64,000 bases of DNA from an uncultured Planctomycetota bacterium (GTDB taxonomy: Bacteria > Planctomycetota > Planctomycetia > Isosphaerales > Isosphaeraceae), in assembly GCA_963737655.1 (NCBI GenBank), contig CAVTTN010000002.1, positions 6,848,001 through 6,912,000 on the forward strand, given 5' to 3'. Below the pieces are notes generated by a model. That model saw nothing but the letters and a program-made list of their open reading frames with translations. It was not told where the DNA came from and ran no database searches. Both the position numbers and the translations under genes were made by a program. How positions within the stretch are numbered: position 1 is the stretch's first letter; each line of letters starts with the position of its first letter. Positions 62,188 to 64,000 of the stretch are shown piece after piece.

Positions 62188-62328
62188 CCCCTCGACCGCG
62201 TCGAGCGGCGGGTGTTGATCCCAAACATCGAGAGGCGGCGGCCGGGGCCCGGCCCCGCCGCCGCGACCTAGGCTTCCAACAGACCGCTCAGATCCCGACC
62301 GAGCCGCCCGCTCCCCGAGGCCCCTGCC

Positions 62329-64000
62329 ATGACCCGCCTTCGCCGTCGCCCGAGGACCGCCCCGATCGGCCGCCGCCCCTCCTGCGAGGGACTGGAGGCC
62401 CGGCTGGTCCTCTCGGCGGTCATCGCGACCGGCCCGGCCGGGGGCGAAGCCCTCCACCAGTCCCCCCAGGCCCTGACCGTCACCTTCGACCAGCCGCTGG
62501 ACCCCACCTCGATCGGATTCGGCGATATCCTCCTCGATCGCGTGGCCGACGACGGCTCCCTGACCCCGGTCCTCGACCCGAACAACCCGCCGACGGAAAG
62601 CCTGGACGACCCCGGGACGACCCTGACCGTCCCTCTCGACGGCGCCCTGGCCCCGGGCCATTATCGCATCCTCCTGGCCGGCTGGTCGGGGCTCGCCTCG
62701 ATCGACGGCGAGCAGCCGATCGCCTCGCCCGACGGCTCCGACTCGCCCCTGGGCGACTTCACCATCGACCCCCCGGGCGTCGGCACGGCCGACGCCACCG
62801 ACCTGGGCATCGTCGGCCCGAGCCCCCGGGACGTCCCCGCCTCTCTGGACCTCGCCGCCGATCCCTCGGCGATCGCCTTGTACCGGATCACGCTCGATTC
62901 CGGGCACTTCTGGAGGCTCGGCCTCTCCGTCGGCGCGGCCGATCCGGGGTCCAACCTCCGGACCACCCTGGCGTTGTTCGACGCCTCGGGCCGGCCGATC
63001 GCCGCCAGCTCGCTCGGCCTCCCGAACGACCCGTCCGACCCCGTCCTGTTCCACGGCCTGGCCCCGGGGACGTACTTCGTCGGCGTTTCGGGATCGGGCA
63101 ACGTCCCGGGCCAGCCCGGAGGCTACAACATCGCGACGGTCCAGGCCGGGTCGGCGCCGAGCCAGCCCGGGGGGGCATTCACGCTCCATCTCGTCGCCGA
63201 CCCTGCCGACCTTCCGGCCGAGGTCACCGGCTTGACCCTCGATCGAGACGACCCGCTCGACCCCACTCCCACGCTCATGGTCGTCTCGTTCTCGGCCGCG
63301 ATCAACCTCGGGATCACCGGCGACTCGGCCTTCCAGACCGCCACCGAGGGAGTCGAGCTCGTCGATCCGTCGGGACGGAGCTGGCCCCTGGCGGCCGTCG
63401 GCTACAACCCCGACAACGCCTCGATCTGGTACCTGTTTCGCGACCGACTGCCCGCCGGCTCGTACACGCTGGAACTGAACCCGGACCACCCGCTGACGGA
63501 CCTCGCCGGCCACGCCCCGTTCGCCGCCGGCCAGGCCCCGGGCGTCCTCGGGACGTTCACCGTGGCCGTCGACGCCCGCCCCCGCCTGGCCGATGGCTCG
63601 TTCCCGTTCACCCCGCCCCCGACCGCCTCCACGGCCCCGGCGCCGATCGCCGAGGACCTCGGCCCGCTCACGCCGGACCTCGTCCTGGCCGGCTCGTTCT
63701 CCCGGAGCGTCCACCTGGAACCGGGCCAGACGTTCTTCGTCCGGTTCGTCAACCTGTATCAGGACTTCTACAAGCTGGGCGTCGGACACGACGGCGGTCC
63801 CGTCTCGATCGACCTGGACGGCCCCGACGACCTGCCTCGCGTCATCGACGCGGGGCCCTCCGGCGCGACCAACACGAGCCTCCTGAACCTTTCGGAGGGG
63901 GAGTACGTCGCTTCGTTCACGGCGACCGGGACGACCGCCGTGGACCTCACGATTCGAATCACGATCGCCTCGTTCTCGTGGGATTCGCTGCTGGCCGTGG
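62329..64000 (+). CDS. Large secreted Ig/PPC-like protein (3' partial)
   Basis: Not in the ORF track. MTRLRRRPRTAPIGRRPSCEGLEARLVLS..., with L.PG.Y repeats; appears open to the window end. Confidence 0.8.
   Translation, partial: MTRLRRRPRTAPIGRRPSCEGLEARLVLSAVIATGPAGGEALHQSPQALTVTFDQPLDPTSIGFGDILLDRVADDGSLTPVLDPNNPPTESLDDPGTTLTVPLDGALAPGHYRILLAGWSGLASIDGEQPIASPDGSDSPLGDFTIDPPGVGTADATDLGIVGPSPRDVPASLDLAADPSAIALYRITLDSGHFWRLGLSVGAADPGSNLRTTLALFDASGRPIAASSLGLPNDPSDPVLFHGLAPGTYFVGVSGSGNVPGQPGGYNIATVQAGSAPSQPGGAFTLHLVADPADLPAEVTGLTLDRDDPLDPTPTLMVVSFSAAINLGITGDSAFQTATEGVELVDPSGRSWPLAAVGYNPDNASIWYLFRDRLPAGSYTLELNPDHPLTDLAGHAPFAAGQAPGVLGTFTVAVDARPRLADGSFPFTPPPTASTAPAPIAEDLGPLTPDLVLAGSFSRSVHLEPGQTFFVRFVNLYQDFYKLGVGHDGGPVSIDLDGPDDLPRVIDAGPSGATNTSLLNLSEGEYVASFTATGTTAVDLTIRITIASFSWDSLLAV

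Noticed and set aside
1..64000. tRNA/rRNA genes, intact transposases, prophage genes
   Set aside because: None recognised by eye.

Overview
High-GC bacterial DNA, almost certainly from a planctomycete (Isosphaeraceae-like): it has two DUF1559 prepilin-like genes, four secreted proteins with the 'LExRxLL' leader, and Uma2 nucleases. Housekeeping and metabolic genes (M16 protease, polyprenyl synthase, moaC, GT39, Tex, eda, cobS, cobU, MMPL) flank two notable loci. (1) At 28.4-38.5 kb there is an apparently complete eukaryote-like ubiquitination cascade: a Ubl with a C-terminal extension, a canonical HPN/Cys E2, an E1, a two-TM JAB deubiquitinase, an M48 (Ste24-like) membrane protease and a convergent membrane-anchored prokaryotic RING protein. 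E1, E2 and JAB share acidic-hydrophobic terminal motifs. (2) At 12.9-15.5 kb there is a decaying integron: an eroded intI 5' remnant, a candidate attI site, up to four attC sites and small cassette genes. Three GTAG-type REP/REPIN families are scattered through the window, and four genes use the REP TAG as their stop codon. About seven genes carry 1-2 bp deletions that look like assembly errors. All calls come from motifs read by eye; no searches were run.
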